Assembly (NCBI GenBank): GCA_963666975.2
Contig: CAXVYR010000004.1
Location: 1,536,001-1,600,000, forward strand
Origin: Terriglobia bacterium
GTDB taxonomy: Bacteria; Acidobacteriota; Terriglobia; 2-12-FULL-54-10
Direction of reading: 5' to 3'
Length of the DNA stretch: 64,000 bases
In this document: positions 19,603 through 29,778 of the stretch, piece by piece
Numbering within the stretch: position 1 is the stretch's first letter
How the letters are laid out: each line of letters opens with the position of its first letter
Position numbers and translations under genes: made by a program
The notes under the pieces: model-generated
The model's input: only the letters and a program-made list of their open reading frames with translations
What the model was told of the DNA's origin: nothing
The model's database searches: none

Positions 19603-20228
19603 ATTTGTAGTCCTTTCCTCTCCTCCTAACAAAACCAACAGAAAGTGGTTATGTCCTGGAGCCGGTCAGTAGACCAGCCCAAGTTGGGGAAAGTTTCTTC
19701 CAAGAGTTTTTTTGAACTCGACGCCCGCAAAACCCCCCAGGATGAAGATGCGGAGGAGGCAATCCTTCCTTACCCGCGAAACGCCGTGGGTGACGCTCCA
19801 TGCTACCACCCAGCTGTCGCCCGATATTATCCCCATCTTGCCGGTCTTTGCCAAGGCCCCAGAAGGACTTCGCTCCAGAGAACATTGCAGATTCCCGCCA
19901 CGCAGGACGCCTGAACGTCCTCCCGACCCCCGCTAAGCAGGCGGGCTTCCCTTCCTTTTCCTGCTCCCAAAGGGCGCTTGTAGAAAATAGCGGAGAATTT
20001 TTGCTGGCATAGCCGCTAGAAAATCACTATTTTTGTAAGGGTAACACTTCAATTTTGTCACCCGGGGAGCGTAAAATAAGGTGTTCATCGTGACCTAATC
20101 CGCCCCCGCTCGGCTTACTCTGGCCCGTATTAGGAGCAACCGCTTTCGGCCCCGCGATCAACTAATTTTCGGGCACCGACTGTCCAAAACAGAACTGGAG
20201 TTTATGCTCCAGGAAAAACGATGTCAAG

Positions 20229-20255
20229 TTATTTTTGCATAAAGTGCAAAAATAA
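20229..20255. promoter_or_regulatory. AT-rich inverted repeat between the divergent GS genes
   Basis: TTATTTTTGCA-taaag-TGCAAAAATAA, perfect 11-bp arms. Confidence 0.55.
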
Positions 20256-20369
20256 TTATTATATTTGCTAAAAATTTGGCTTATATATGATAAATTGACA
20301 GTGAAATAAGGACCTTTTGCTAGTAAACTTAGACATTACTGAAAACTTAGCTCACATCCAAAACGCGGA

Positions 20370-21764
20370 ATGGCGAACATTATGAAAGCATCAGAAGCCT
20401 TAAACTTATTGCTGGAAAAGAAAGTGGAGTTTCTGCTCTTACAATTTACCGACATTCTCGGGTCCATCAAGACGGTTGAAATACCAACCGAAAAATTTAA
20501 GCCGGCCCTGGCGGGCGAGGTTGCTTTTGACGGCTCTGCTTTGGAGGGCTCGCACCGGACGATTGAATCGGAGCTGCTGCTCAAGCCGGACCTGGACACG
20601 CTGCGCATTTCCTTGCTGGATGCGGGGCTGAATACGGTGCCTGATACGGGGATGGATACGGGGATGGCCGCAGGACGCAACGCGGGCCAGACCCGAACGG
20701 CGCGGCTCATTTGCGATGTCCACAATCTGGATCACACTCCCTTCGAAGGATGTCCCCGCACACGGCTGAAAAAAGTCTTGCAGCTATCGACGGAAAAAGG
20801 TTACAGCATTCTAGTCGCGCCCGAGATTGAATTCTTCCTTTTTCTCAAGGATGAAAACTCCAGGCCAACCACCCGCACGGACGATCCGGGCAGCTATTTC
20901 GACCTGGTCCCGATGGATAAGGGGGAGGAAACCCGCCGCCGGATTGTGTCGGAGTTGCGGGCCGCCGGATTTCAAGTGGAGGCGGGCCACCATGAAATTG
21001 CGCCCGGCCAGCATGAGATTGACATGAAAGAAGCTCCGGCGCTCGATACAGCCGACATCATCGCCAGCCTGCGGATGATCAGCCGCCGTGTCGCCTCTGA
21101 GCAGGGTCTCCACGCCACCTTCATGCCCAAGCCGATCTTCGGCAAGGACGGCTCCGGAATGCACCTGCACTTTTTGCTGATGAAAGGCGGCAAGAACATC
21201 TTAGAAGATCCCAAAAGAAGCTCCGGATTGAGCACGGTAGCCGAGCGTTTTATCGCCGGCTTGCTGCGGCACGCCCGTGGCTATTCGGCGGTAACAAACC
21301 CGCTGGTCAACTCCTACAAGAGGCTGGTGCAAGGCTACGAGTCGCCGACGCATTCGGTCTGGTCGGAAAGCAACGTAAACCCGCTGGTGCGCGTTCCGCC
21401 GAACCGCGGTATCTACACCCGCTGCGAGTTGCGCAGCCCGGACCCTTCCTGCAACCCCTATCTTGCCCTGGCCGTGGTGCTGCGCGCCGGCATGCAGGGG
21501 ATTGTGGAAGAGATGGATCCCGGCCCGCCTATCAGCAAGAACATCTATCGCATGAGCGCGCGGGAGCGCGCACGGTTCAACATTGACCCCTTGCCTTCAG
21601 ACCTGAGTGAAGCGACCTCTGCTTTGAAAAAAGACAAGCTCATGCAGGAGGCCTTGGGGCCGGTCATCTACCGTTACCTGACGGAGGCCCAGCAGGCTCT
21701 CTGGCAGGACTACTCCATGCACGTTCACCCTTGGGAACTGGAACACTATCTGGCGTACTATTAA
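20370..21764 (+). CDS. Glutamine synthetase-family protein (divergent, GSI-alpha-like)
   Basis: HHEIAPGQHEID, ATFMPKP, GSGMH, NSYKRL and ELRSPDPSCNPY; several active-site substitutions. Confidence 0.88.
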   Translation: MANIMKASEALNLLLEKKVEFLLLQFTDILGSIKTVEIPTEKFKPALAGEVAFDGSALEGSHRTIESELLLKPDLDTLRISLLDAGLNTVPDTGMDTGMAAGRNAGQTRTARLICDVHNLDHTPFEGCPRTRLKKVLQLSTEKGYSILVAPEIEFFLFLKDENSRPTTRTDDPGSYFDLVPMDKGEETRRRIVSELRAAGFQVEAGHHEIAPGQHEIDMKEAPALDTADIIASLRMISRRVASEQGLHATFMPKPIFGKDGSGMHLHFLLMKGGKNILEDPKRSSGLSTVAERFIAGLLRHARGYSAVTNPLVNSYKRLVQGYESPTHSVWSESNVNPLVRVPPNRGIYTRCELRSPDPSCNPYLALAVVLRAGMQGIVEEMDPGPPISKNIYRMSARERARFNIDPLPSDLSEATSALKKDKLMQEALGPVIYRYLTEAQQALWQDYSMHVHPWELEHYLAYY

Positions 21765-21790
21765 TGTTTCACCGTATGGATCACACGCAT

Positions 21791-21847
21791 GTGGTGACGT
21801 TTTATTGAACCGGCAAGATTGCAAAATACTGGAAGGAGCAGCCGTGA
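21791..21847 (+). pseudogene. C-terminal remnant of a DUF4258-type toxin
   Basis: VVTFY*TGKIAKYWKEQP* resembles the VVTxYRTSKIxKYW tail of genes that precede DUF2283. Confidence 0.5.
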
Positions 21848-22044
21848 AGGTGAACTACGATCCTAAGACAGACACGCTCAGTTTCCTCCTCAAGGAAAAC
21901 GTAGCCGTGGCGGAGAGTGATGAGGAAAAGCCCGGCGTCATTCTCGATTATGATGATCGTGGCGATCTGGTCTCGATGGAAATTCTTGACGCCTCACGGC
22001 GCGTAACCGAAGCAAGGAAAATTGACTTCCAGATCGCCGGGTAG
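21844..22044 (+). CDS. DUF2283 domain protein
   Basis: VKVNYDPKTDTL...ILDYDDRGDLVSMEILDAS. Confidence 0.85.
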   Translation: MKVNYDPKTDTLSFLLKENVAVAESDEEKPGVILDYDDRGDLVSMEILDASRRVTEARKIDFQIAG

Positions 22045-22061
22045 TCGCTGACATCCAGAAA

Positions 22062-22604
22062 TTAGTAATGCCCTTCTGCTGAATAGATGTGTTGCAGAAC
22101 GCCACGCAACTGGTCCAGCACGTCACGAGCCTTGGAAATTTCTGTGGGCTTTTCATGCAAAACATCATCTGCGGCATTGGCGACATAGCGGGCAGTCTGT
22201 TCCGTAACTCCATCCAGCAGATGCCAACGTCGAGCTTCCTCAAGTAGGTCTTGAAACTTGATAAACTCGCCTGACAGTTGCCGGCCGAGCCTTTCTTTCA
22301 GGCCTTGTTCCAGTGCCGCTCGGCAGAGGGCAATCGAGGCCTGCGGTAAGCCAAGGATATAGGTGCGCGTTGCCTCGCGAATGTAGGTGTTCGTGACTTT
22401 TGAAGGAGTGTCTGCGGCCTCCAGTGGTGATAACTCCAGTGTACGCCTCACGTACCCGGGAACGGCGTCAATAACCTCACGTGTGAAGTATTCATCCAGG
22501 AAATGTGCTATCAGACCCGGATCGCTGCGAACGAGGTTTTCAATTGTTCTTAGTCGGCCTTCACTCAGCGTCTCGCGTGACTTTATCACCTCAGATACAA
22601 TCAC
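22062..22604 (-). CDS. DUF4145/HEPN-like domain protein
   Basis: ASIALCRAALEQGLKE helix and a degenerate R...H motif; start uncertain. Confidence 0.55.
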   Translation of the reverse strand: MIVSEVIKSRETLSEGRLRTIENLVRSDPGLIAHFLDEYFTREVIDAVPGYVRRTLELSPLEAADTPSKVTNTYIREATRTYILGLPQASIALCRAALEQGLKERLGRQLSGEFIKFQDLLEEARRWHLLDGVTEQTARYVANAADDVLHEKPTEISKARDVLDQLRGVLQHIYSAEGHY

Positions 22605-22816
22605 CTCGACTATTTTTTGCGCTTTTACAGCATCCTCTCGCTCCTCAGGTAAAAGGCCCGAAAGGTCGCGGTCGACTTCCGAATCCAGGGTGTCAAAGTA
22701 AGATTGAACCTACTGAGATAGAGTGAGCAGAAAACACCTCCGAAAATCGCGCAAAACCCAAGTTCGCAGGGAAGTAATGATACAGTTATAAGCACAGGAG
22801 ATCATATCAGAGCCCT

Positions 22817-24364
22817 GTGACAAATCGCTCTTCCCATCCCGCCAATTCAGCCGGATTGGCCGTACTCTCCGGCCTTCTGCTGGTTCTCGTATTCCCAAAA
22901 TTCGACCTCTCCCTGCTCAGCGCGGTGGCGCTGGCGCCGCTTTTATTAGCCGCGATCCGGGAGGAATCTCCGGGCCGCCGTTTTCTGTGGGGATACCTTG
23001 GCGGATGTGTTTTTTTCGCCGGGACCTGCTATTGGGTCTACCTGGTCATGCGGCAGCATGGCGGCCTGGGCGCGGCGGAGGCGGCTGGCGTATTTGGACT
23101 CCTGTTTTTGGCCCTGGCCGTTTACTGGGGCTTGTTCGCTTGGATCGCCGGATATTTGTGGGTGGCCCGCTGGGGCCCGCTGGCTATTGCCCCGCTGTGG
23201 GTTTCGCTGGAGTTCGCCCGCGCACACCTGCTCACGGGCTTTCCCTGGCTGCTTTTCGGCTATTCCCTGACCGACCACTTCGCGCTGGCGCGGATCGCCC
23301 GTTGGACGGGGGTCTACGGCGTTTCTTTCTTGCTGGTCACGGTCAACGTCGCTCTGGTGTGGTTCTTCACGCGGCGCAGTTGGGTGGCGGGCATCCATCT
23401 GGGGGGCGTCGCAGTCGTTCTGCTCTTGCTCGCTCTGACGCCGCCTCCGGAAATCTATCTGGAGAAGCAGAAGGCCTACCTGGTGCAGACGAACATTCCC
23501 CAGGAGGTGGGCATGGAGATATGGGACGAACAGACCCAGACCCCTCTACTGGACCGTTTGGAGAAACTGACGACCGAGACGGCCGGACGCCAGGAACCTC
23601 CCGCGCTGGTGGTGTGGCCGGAGGTCCCCGCGTCGTTCTACTTTGGGGAAGACTCCTTCACGCAGGAGTACGCCGAAGGAATTGCCCGCCAGACCAACAG
23701 CTACTTCCTGATGGGGATCGTCGCCTTGCTGCGCGAGGCGGATGGCACAAAGCCGCTCAACAGCGCCATTCTGCTCAACCCCGGCGGGGGGGTGGTCTCC
23801 CGGTATGATAAAATTCACTTGGTGCCGTTCGGCGAGTACGTTCCGCTGCGAGGCTTGCTGGGCTTCGCCGGAAAACTGACGGCCGAGATCGGTGATTTCG
23901 TTCCCGGCGCCCGGTTCGTGGTGAGTCCGCTGGCCGGAGGGCAGGCTGGCACGTTTATTTGTTACGAGGCGATTTTCCCCGACCTGGTTCGCCGGTTTGT
24001 GAAGGACGGAGCCGGAGTTCTGGTCACCATCTCAAACGACGGCTGGTTCGGAACCTCGGCGGCCCGTTACCAGCATCTGCTGATGGCCCGGATGCGGGCG
24101 ATAGAAAATGCGCGCTATCTGCTGCGGGCCACCAACACGGGGATTACGGCGCTCATCCGGCCTGATGGCGTCATCGCCGCTGAGCTGCCGCCGGATGAGC
24201 CCGGGGTGCTGGAAGCGCGCTGGGCCTTCCATGACCGGCAGACGTTTTACAGCCGTCACGGAGACTGGTTCGCCATCGCCGCCTGCGTTGTGTCGGTTCT
24301 GGCATTTTTTGCGGTTGCACGGATACATCCCGGCCGGCACGGCCAGCGGCGCAAGAGAAATTAG
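22817..24364 (+). CDS. lnt: Apolipoprotein N-acyltransferase
   Basis: GFPW, VWPE, YDKIHLVPFGEYVP, ICYEAIFP and SNDGWF motifs. Confidence 0.95.
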   Translation: MTNRSSHPANSAGLAVLSGLLLVLVFPKFDLSLLSAVALAPLLLAAIREESPGRRFLWGYLGGCVFFAGTCYWVYLVMRQHGGLGAAEAAGVFGLLFLALAVYWGLFAWIAGYLWVARWGPLAIAPLWVSLEFARAHLLTGFPWLLFGYSLTDHFALARIARWTGVYGVSFLLVTVNVALVWFFTRRSWVAGIHLGGVAVVLLLLALTPPPEIYLEKQKAYLVQTNIPQEVGMEIWDEQTQTPLLDRLEKLTTETAGRQEPPALVVWPEVPASFYFGEDSFTQEYAEGIARQTNSYFLMGIVALLREADGTKPLNSAILLNPGGGVVSRYDKIHLVPFGEYVPLRGLLGFAGKLTAEIGDFVPGARFVVSPLAGGQAGTFICYEAIFPDLVRRFVKDGAGVLVTISNDGWFGTSAARYQHLLMARMRAIENARYLLRATNTGITALIRPDGVIAAELPPDEPGVLEARWAFHDRQTFYSRHGDWFAIAACVVSVLAFFAVARIHPGRHGQRRKRN

Positions 24365-24376
24365 GGGGGCAAACTG

Positions 24377-25481
24377 ATGATCGATGAAATGGCAAGAGAG
24401 TTCGAGCAAGTAAAAGATAAAATCCGCGACATTCGGAGTTTCCTTTGACGCTCCTGTAAAACGCCGGGAGCTGGGCGAGTTGGAGAAGCAGATGGCTGAG
24501 CCCGGCTTCTGGGACGATCCCGCCAATTCCCAACAAAGCACGCAGGCGCGCAAACGCCTGGAAGATACCCTCAAAACCGACGAAGCACTGGCCCGGGGCG
24601 AGTCCGACCTCGAAGTGTTGCTGGAGCTGGCCGCCGAGGGAGAGAACGTCGAGCAGGAGATCCGCAGCCAGTTCCCGAAACTGAAGGAGCTGGTGCTCCG
24701 CACCGAGGCGCGCACCTTGCTCTCGGGCGAGAACGACCGGGCCAACGCCATCCTCGCCATCCATGCCGGCGCGGGCGGCACCGAGGCGCAGGACTGGGCC
24801 GAGATGCTGCTCCGCATGTACCTGCGCTGGGCCGAGCAACAGGGCTTTGCGACCCAGGTCGTCGACTATCAGGCGGGCGAAGAAGCCGGGCTGAAGTCTG
24901 CCACCGTCACGGTGACCGGAGAATACGCCTACGGACTCCTGATCTCCGAGATCGGCATCCACCGCTTGGTGCGGCTCTCGCCGTTCGACGCCAACAAGCG
25001 GCGGCATACATCGTTCGCCAGCGTTTTTGTGAGCCCGGAGATCGATGAGAATATCGACATTCAAATCCGCGAAGACGATCTGCGGATCGACACCTACCGC
25101 TCTTCGGGCGCCGGGGGGCAGCACGTCAACGTCACCGACTCGGCGGTCCGCATTACGCATATCCCCACCGGCATCGTGGCGCAGTGCCAGAACGAGCGCT
25201 CGCAGCACAAGAACCGCAACGTGGCCATGAAGATTCTTCGCTCCCGGCTCTACGACCGGGAGCTGGAGAAAAAGCAGGAGGAGTCGCGGAAAATGGAGGC
25301 GACGAAGATGGAGATCGGCTGGGGCAGCCAGATTCGCTCTTACGTGCTGCACCCCTATCGCATGGTAAAGGACGTGCGGACAAAGGCCGAGGTCGGAGAT
25401 GCCGACCGCGTGCTCGACGGCGACTTGGAGCCGTTTATCCGCGCGTTCCTGCTCAGCCGCCGGGGGGAGGCAGGGGCGTAA
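24377..25481 (+). CDS. prfB: Peptide chain release factor 2 (programmed +1 frameshift)
   Basis: ATG 24377, then CTT TGA C at 24443-24449 with an upstream SD-like GGAG; SPF and GGQ motifs downstream. Confidence 0.96.
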
Positions 25482-25484
25482 CCA

Positions 25485-25560
25485 TCCGAGCCGCGAGAGC
25501 CTGCCCCGAGCCTTGTCCCGAGCGCAGTCGAGGGGCCTGCCGAAGGGTGCGCGGCTCGGA
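25485..25560. repeat. REP-like composite palindrome
   Basis: CCGAGCCGCG...CGCGGCTCGG arms; the inner module is shared with 41200-41254. Confidence 0.7.
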
Positions 25561-25642
25561 TGGATTTACAAACAACACGCGTTATACCCGGATCGAGAGC
25601 ACGCAGCCACGCCGGGCGCCTTTTCTCGCCGTGGTTCCTTCT

Positions 25643-27310
25643 TCAAAGCTCCATGATGACCGGCAAAATGAGCGGATGGCGGGAGGTTTGTTTTTTGATG
25701 TGCCGCTTGAGGTCCGCGCGGATTTTCTCCTTGATGACTCCCCAGTCGGCGCGCTCTTCGCCGCTGGATTCTTCGAGTGTCCGCAGAATGATCTCCTTCG
25801 CCTGAATCAGGATTCCGTCACTTCCGTCGGCGGAGACAAAGCCCCGGCTCACGATCTCGGGCGGGGCCTCCACCTTTCCGGTGCTTTTGTTGATGGCGAT
25901 GATCGGCACCACGATGCCGTCCTCGGAGAGATGTTTCCGGTCCCGGATGACCATGTCTTCCACGATCTCGTCCACCGAGCCCGAGTCGATGCAAACCCGC
26001 CCGACGGTGACCCGCCCCGCCTTGCGGGCCCCGGCACGGTCAAACTCCAGCACGTCGCCGCTCTCCAGAAGAAAGGTCTCTTTGATTTCCTTTAGATGGG
26101 AACCCAGGCTCGCATGCCGCGACAACTGCCGTAGCTCTCCATGCACCGGGATGAAGTAACGAGGCTTGGTCAGGTTCAGCATCAGCCGGAGTTCTTCCTG
26201 GCTGGCATGGCCGGAGACATGCACGGGCGGGCCGCCCCCGTCGGCATAGATCACACGGGCTTTCCGCTTGAAGAGGCGGTCGATCATGCGGTAGATGGCT
26301 TTCTCGTTGCCGGGAATGATGCGGGAAGAAAGCACCACGGTATCGTCCGGTTCGATGACCGCTTGCTTGTGATTCTCCACGGCGGCGCGGGCCAGAGCCG
26401 ACAGCGGCTCTCCCTGGCTGCCGGAGATCAGCATGGTGACTTTGCCGCGGCTTGCCTGCCTGGCCTCGGCCGGACGCAGCAGCAGGCCGTCCGGGATGTT
26501 CAGGTATCCCAGCCGGTGGGCGATCTCGGTGTTATTCACCATGCTGCGGCCGATAAAGGCCACCTTGCGGTTGTGCTGGAAGCAGAGATCGACCATCAAC
26601 TGGATGCGATGAATGGAGCTGGTAAAGCAGGAGACAAAGATGCGGTTTTGCGAGTGGGCGAAGATCTCTTCGAACCGTTCCCGCACGGCGTGTTCGGAAG
26701 GCGTGGAGCCCCGCCGGTCGGCGTTCGTGCTGTCGGAAAACAGCGCCAGCACCCCTCGTTTCCCGTAGTCCGCCACGGTGTGCAGGTCGAACGGTTCGCC
26801 GTCGGTGGGGGTGGGGTCGATCTTGAAGTCCCCGGTGTGGATCACCACTCCCAGGGGGGTGGTGATGGCCAGCATGGCGCAGCCGACCGTGCTGTGGGTG
26901 ACGTGAATCCATTCAATCGAAAACGGGCCGATGGGGACGCGGTCGGTGGGGCGCACCTTCCGGAGGGTCGCCGATTCCAGCAATCCCTGCTCTTCCAGTT
27001 TATGTTCCACCAGGGCCAGCGCGAAGGCGGTTCCGTAAACGGGCACGTTGATCTCGGCCAGAATGAACGGCAACGCCCCGATATGGTCTTCGTGGCTGTG
27101 CGTCAGGATAATGGCGCGCACCTGCTCGCGGTGTTCAAGCAGGAAGGAGATGTCCGGGATGACGATGTCGACACCGAGCAACTCCGCATCGGGGAACATC
27201 AGCCCGGCGTCGATGACGATGATGTCTTCGCCGTAGCGGAGGGCCAGCATGTTCATGCCGAACTCGCCCAGCCCTCCCAGCGGAATAGCTTGCAGTTTTG
27301 GGTTACTCAT
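25643..27310 (-). CDS. rnj: Ribonuclease J
   Basis: PLGGLGEFGMN, THSHEDHIG, HTGDFK, HVSGHAS and PVHGE motifs. Confidence 0.95.
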   Translation of the reverse strand: MSNPKLQAIPLGGLGEFGMNMLALRYGEDIIVIDAGLMFPDAELLGVDIVIPDISFLLEHREQVRAIILTHSHEDHIGALPFILAEINVPVYGTAFALALVEHKLEEQGLLESATLRKVRPTDRVPIGPFSIEWIHVTHSTVGCAMLAITTPLGVVIHTGDFKIDPTPTDGEPFDLHTVADYGKRGVLALFSDSTNADRRGSTPSEHAVRERFEEIFAHSQNRIFVSCFTSSIHRIQLMVDLCFQHNRKVAFIGRSMVNNTEIAHRLGYLNIPDGLLLRPAEARQASRGKVTMLISGSQGEPLSALARAAVENHKQAVIEPDDTVVLSSRIIPGNEKAIYRMIDRLFKRKARVIYADGGGPPVHVSGHASQEELRLMLNLTKPRYFIPVHGELRQLSRHASLGSHLKEIKETFLLESGDVLEFDRAGARKAGRVTVGRVCIDSGSVDEIVEDMVIRDRKHLSEDGIVVPIIAINKSTGKVEAPPEIVSRGFVSADGSDGILIQAKEIILRTLEESSGEERADWGVIKEKIRADLKRHIKKQTSRHPLILPVIMEL

Positions 27311-27619
27311 GACTGAATCAGGTCCTCAGAGCACATTATTACAAAACAGTGGGGTCGCAAGGTGCATCTAATCTTGCTGGTCCACACGATGGAACCCATC
27401 CTTCAACGAAAAGAGCAGCAACAGGCTTCCCCGAAAAAATCTTCGTGGTACTCGCGCGGGAACCTGTTCATCGCGTCTGTTATCTGGGTTGGGTTGCCGA
27501 CTAGCTGCAAGAGCACTTGCGCAATCCTTGCGATACTGAATCCTTGTTTCTGCCGCCCCGCCAAGGTCCCTCGCGGTGCGCATCAGCCGCAACCGCCGAC
27601 TTCGGGGGGCGGCGGCTGG

Positions 27620-27970
27620 TTAGGCCTCGCTCTCCGAGAGAAGAGCGCCGAGCTTAGCGAGAGCCTCCAAGACCTGGGCCGCCGGAAGCCGGCCCGCGTA
27701 TTCTGCATGGCGCGCGCGCCAGTCCAGGCTCTTCACTTGGTCCGACAGTACCACGCCGTTCACCGCTAGAGCCGCCGGAACGGCGACTTCAAACGGGTAA
27801 CCTTTGATCTGGCTGGTAATGGGGCAGCACAAGGCCAGCCCGACCTTCCCGTTGTACGCTGCGGGCGAGAGGACGAGGGCGGGACGCCGACCCCTCTGTT
27901 CGTGACCGGCTTGAGGCTCGAACGAGAGCCACACGACGTCCCCGCGTTGTGGCACGTAACGACGCCGCAT
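27620..27970 (-). CDS. mazF: MazF/PemK endoribonuclease toxin
   Basis: RGDVVWLSFEPQAGHEQRGRRPALVLSP, CPITSQIKGYPFEV and DQVKSLDWRAR. Confidence 0.93.
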   Translation of the reverse strand: MRRRYVPQRGDVVWLSFEPQAGHEQRGRRPALVLSPAAYNGKVGLALCCPITSQIKGYPFEVAVPAALAVNGVVLSDQVKSLDWRARHAEYAGRLPAAQVLEALAKLGALLSESEA

Positions 27971-28212
27971 TACCCAGCTTCCCGGCCAACCGGCAACCCT
28001 GCTTTTACTTCCTCGTGGAGGTTCGCCTTGGTGACACCGGCCAGCAAATCCTTGAGATGCGGCTTATGCGCGCGGAGGGGCGCTGCCACAAGACGTCCGT
28101 CCGAGACCGACAACTGAACCATCGTTCCCTCGCGCACGCCCGCGTCCTCGGCGAACGGCTTTGGAATTCGCAAAGCCAGGCTATTGCCCCACTTTTGGAC
28201 CTGCACTCGCAT
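27970..28212 (-). CDS. mazE: MazE/AbrB antitoxin
   Basis: MRVQVQKWGNSLALRIPK; stop overlaps the mazF start. Confidence 0.9.
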   Translation of the reverse strand: MRVQVQKWGNSLALRIPKPFAEDAGVREGTMVQLSVSDGRLVAAPLRAHKPHLKDLLAGVTKANLHEEVKAGLPVGREAG

Positions 28213-28233
28213 AACTGCACCCCTGCATAAACC

Positions 28234-28252
28234 GTATCTACAAAGACTATAC
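28234..28252. promoter_or_regulatory. mazEF autoregulatory operator candidate
   Basis: GTATCTACAAAGACTATAC just upstream of mazE; imperfect palindrome resembling the E. coli mazEF operator as recalled. Confidence 0.5.
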
Positions 28253-28282
28253 ACCTTCCGGTGCTCGCCGTCCATGAGCTGT

Positions 28283-28890
28283 TTAGATTCCTAGGTCCGA
28301 TCGCGCTGGAGACCGTTCGGGGCCAGAGGCAAGGACCGCAGGCGAATGCCGGTGGCGTTGCCGACCGACGGCGCCATGCCGACAATCCGGGGATGGATCG
28401 TTGCCGGATTGCGTTCCGGAATTCCGCAACGCCTCAGCCGCCTTGCGGATGGCGGCCACGATGCGGGGATAGGTCCCGCATCGGCAGATATTTCCCTGCA
28501 CGAAGCCGATGATCTCCGCGTCGCTCGGATTCTGCTTGCCGTTTAACAGGGCCACGCCGGAAAGAATCATCCCGGCGGTGCAGAATCCGCACTGCATAGC
28601 CTTCGTTTCGAGGAAGGCTTCCTGCAGGGGATGGAGCCGGCTATCCTGCTCGAGGCCTTCGATGGTGGTGATCTTCTTCCCCTCGGCGACGCTGACCGGA
28701 GTAATGCAAGAGCGCGCCGGCTGTCCGTTAATGAGCACCGTGCAGGCGCCGCACTGGCCCTCCCCGCAAGCATACTTGTGCTTCCGGTCAGGTCCAGATC
28801 GTCCCGCAGGACGCTGAGCAGATTTTTGGCGGAGTCAGTGTCGATGCGGTGGGTTGTTCCGTTCACATCCAGTCTATGAACCCTCGGCAT
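28283..28890 (-). pseudogene. (2Fe-2S) small subunit (CoxS/IorA-like), frameshifted and followed by the C-terminal remnant of the molybdopterin subunit
   Basis: LRDDLDLTGS|KYACGEGQCGACTV with a frameshift near 28778; QCGFCT and NICRCGTY; then IVGMAPSVGNATGIRLRSLPLAPNGL at ~28291-28390. Confidence 0.8.
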
Positions 28891-28961
28891 ACGTCCTCCT
28901 TCTCTGCTGTGAGGCAGGGCAGAAAAGCGGCTGGTGGATTGTTCCTCCCCTGCCGGAGATA

Positions 28962-29735
28962 TTATCTCACGATAATGACTTCTCGCAGGTTGTCCCGGAC
29001 CAGATAGAATTTGAGCGATGCGAACCGCCGGAACAAGTTCTCGATGGTGCGGTTGTGGAAGGTGCGGTGGAGTTTCCCGACGCCTCGTCCGGTGATGCGC
29101 AACGTATCCTCCGACTGGATACTGTACTGGTACAGGGGCACCTCATGGCCCGCCTGGCCGGTATGGAAAAAGGTGAGCAGGGTGCCGCCCGGCTTCAAAG
29201 AGCGATGGACTTTCTCGACCAGCGGTTTGACCAATGGGTCGGGGAGAAAGTCGAACAGATCCCAGCAGAGAACCCCGTCGAATTGGCCCTCCTCAAACTT
29301 CAGATTTTCCTGGAAGAAGCGGTCCGCTTCAGACGACTGCTCCTCCTCCGACGACTGCTCCGCCAGGACGAATTCTGCCGGAGCGGAATCCTGCAGGGTT
29401 CGGATTAAATCCTCGGTGTAGAGTTTGTGTCCCAGCCCTGTGATGAAACTCACGTTGGCTTGGGAGGCGGAGCCCAGGTCCAGGATATGGAGGCCTGAGG
29501 GGGATTGAATTTCCTTCCAAAATTCCTGCAGACCGTTGCTGTGACGAACGAGCGGGGCGGCAGAGGGGCGTTGCTCGGCCGGAAGGGATTTCGCTTCCTG
29601 TCCCAGCACGTGCCGCAGCAGCCGTTCAAGATTTTCGACAAAAGGTAAGGGCACGGGCCAGTTCGTTTGCGGGAAGACAACCCGATCCGGGAGATTACCA
29701 GCCATCCCTCTGGCGAGGGCCGCCCTCCGGAACAA
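28962..29735 (-). CDS. Class I SAM-dependent methyltransferase-like protein
   Basis: ILDLGSAS, FDGVLCWDLFDFL and LKPGG; start uncertain. Confidence 0.7.
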   Translation of the reverse strand: MFRRAALARGMAGNLPDRVVFPQTNWPVPLPFVENLERLLRHVLGQEAKSLPAEQRPSAAPLVRHSNGLQEFWKEIQSPSGLHILDLGSASQANVSFITGLGHKLYTEDLIRTLQDSAPAEFVLAEQSSEEEQSSEADRFFQENLKFEEGQFDGVLCWDLFDFLPDPLVKPLVEKVHRSLKPGGTLLTFFHTGQAGHEVPLYQYSIQSEDTLRITGRGVGKLHRTFHNRTIENLFRRFASLKFYLVRDNLREVIIVR

Positions 29736-29778
29736 CCCAAACCGTGCTCCGGGTGACGGCGCTCAAGCGCTGCGCGGG

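Noticed and set aside
19640-19950. Small ORFs or a glutamine riboswitch in the glnA leader
   Set aside because: No recognisable protein or RNA motif; cannot be supported without a covariance search.
24443-24449. In-frame stop in prfB as a pseudogene or novelty
   Set aside because: It is the well-known programmed +1 frameshift.
27368-27592. Short ORF between rnj and mazF
   Set aside because: No RBS or recognisable domain; at most an unidentifiable remnant.
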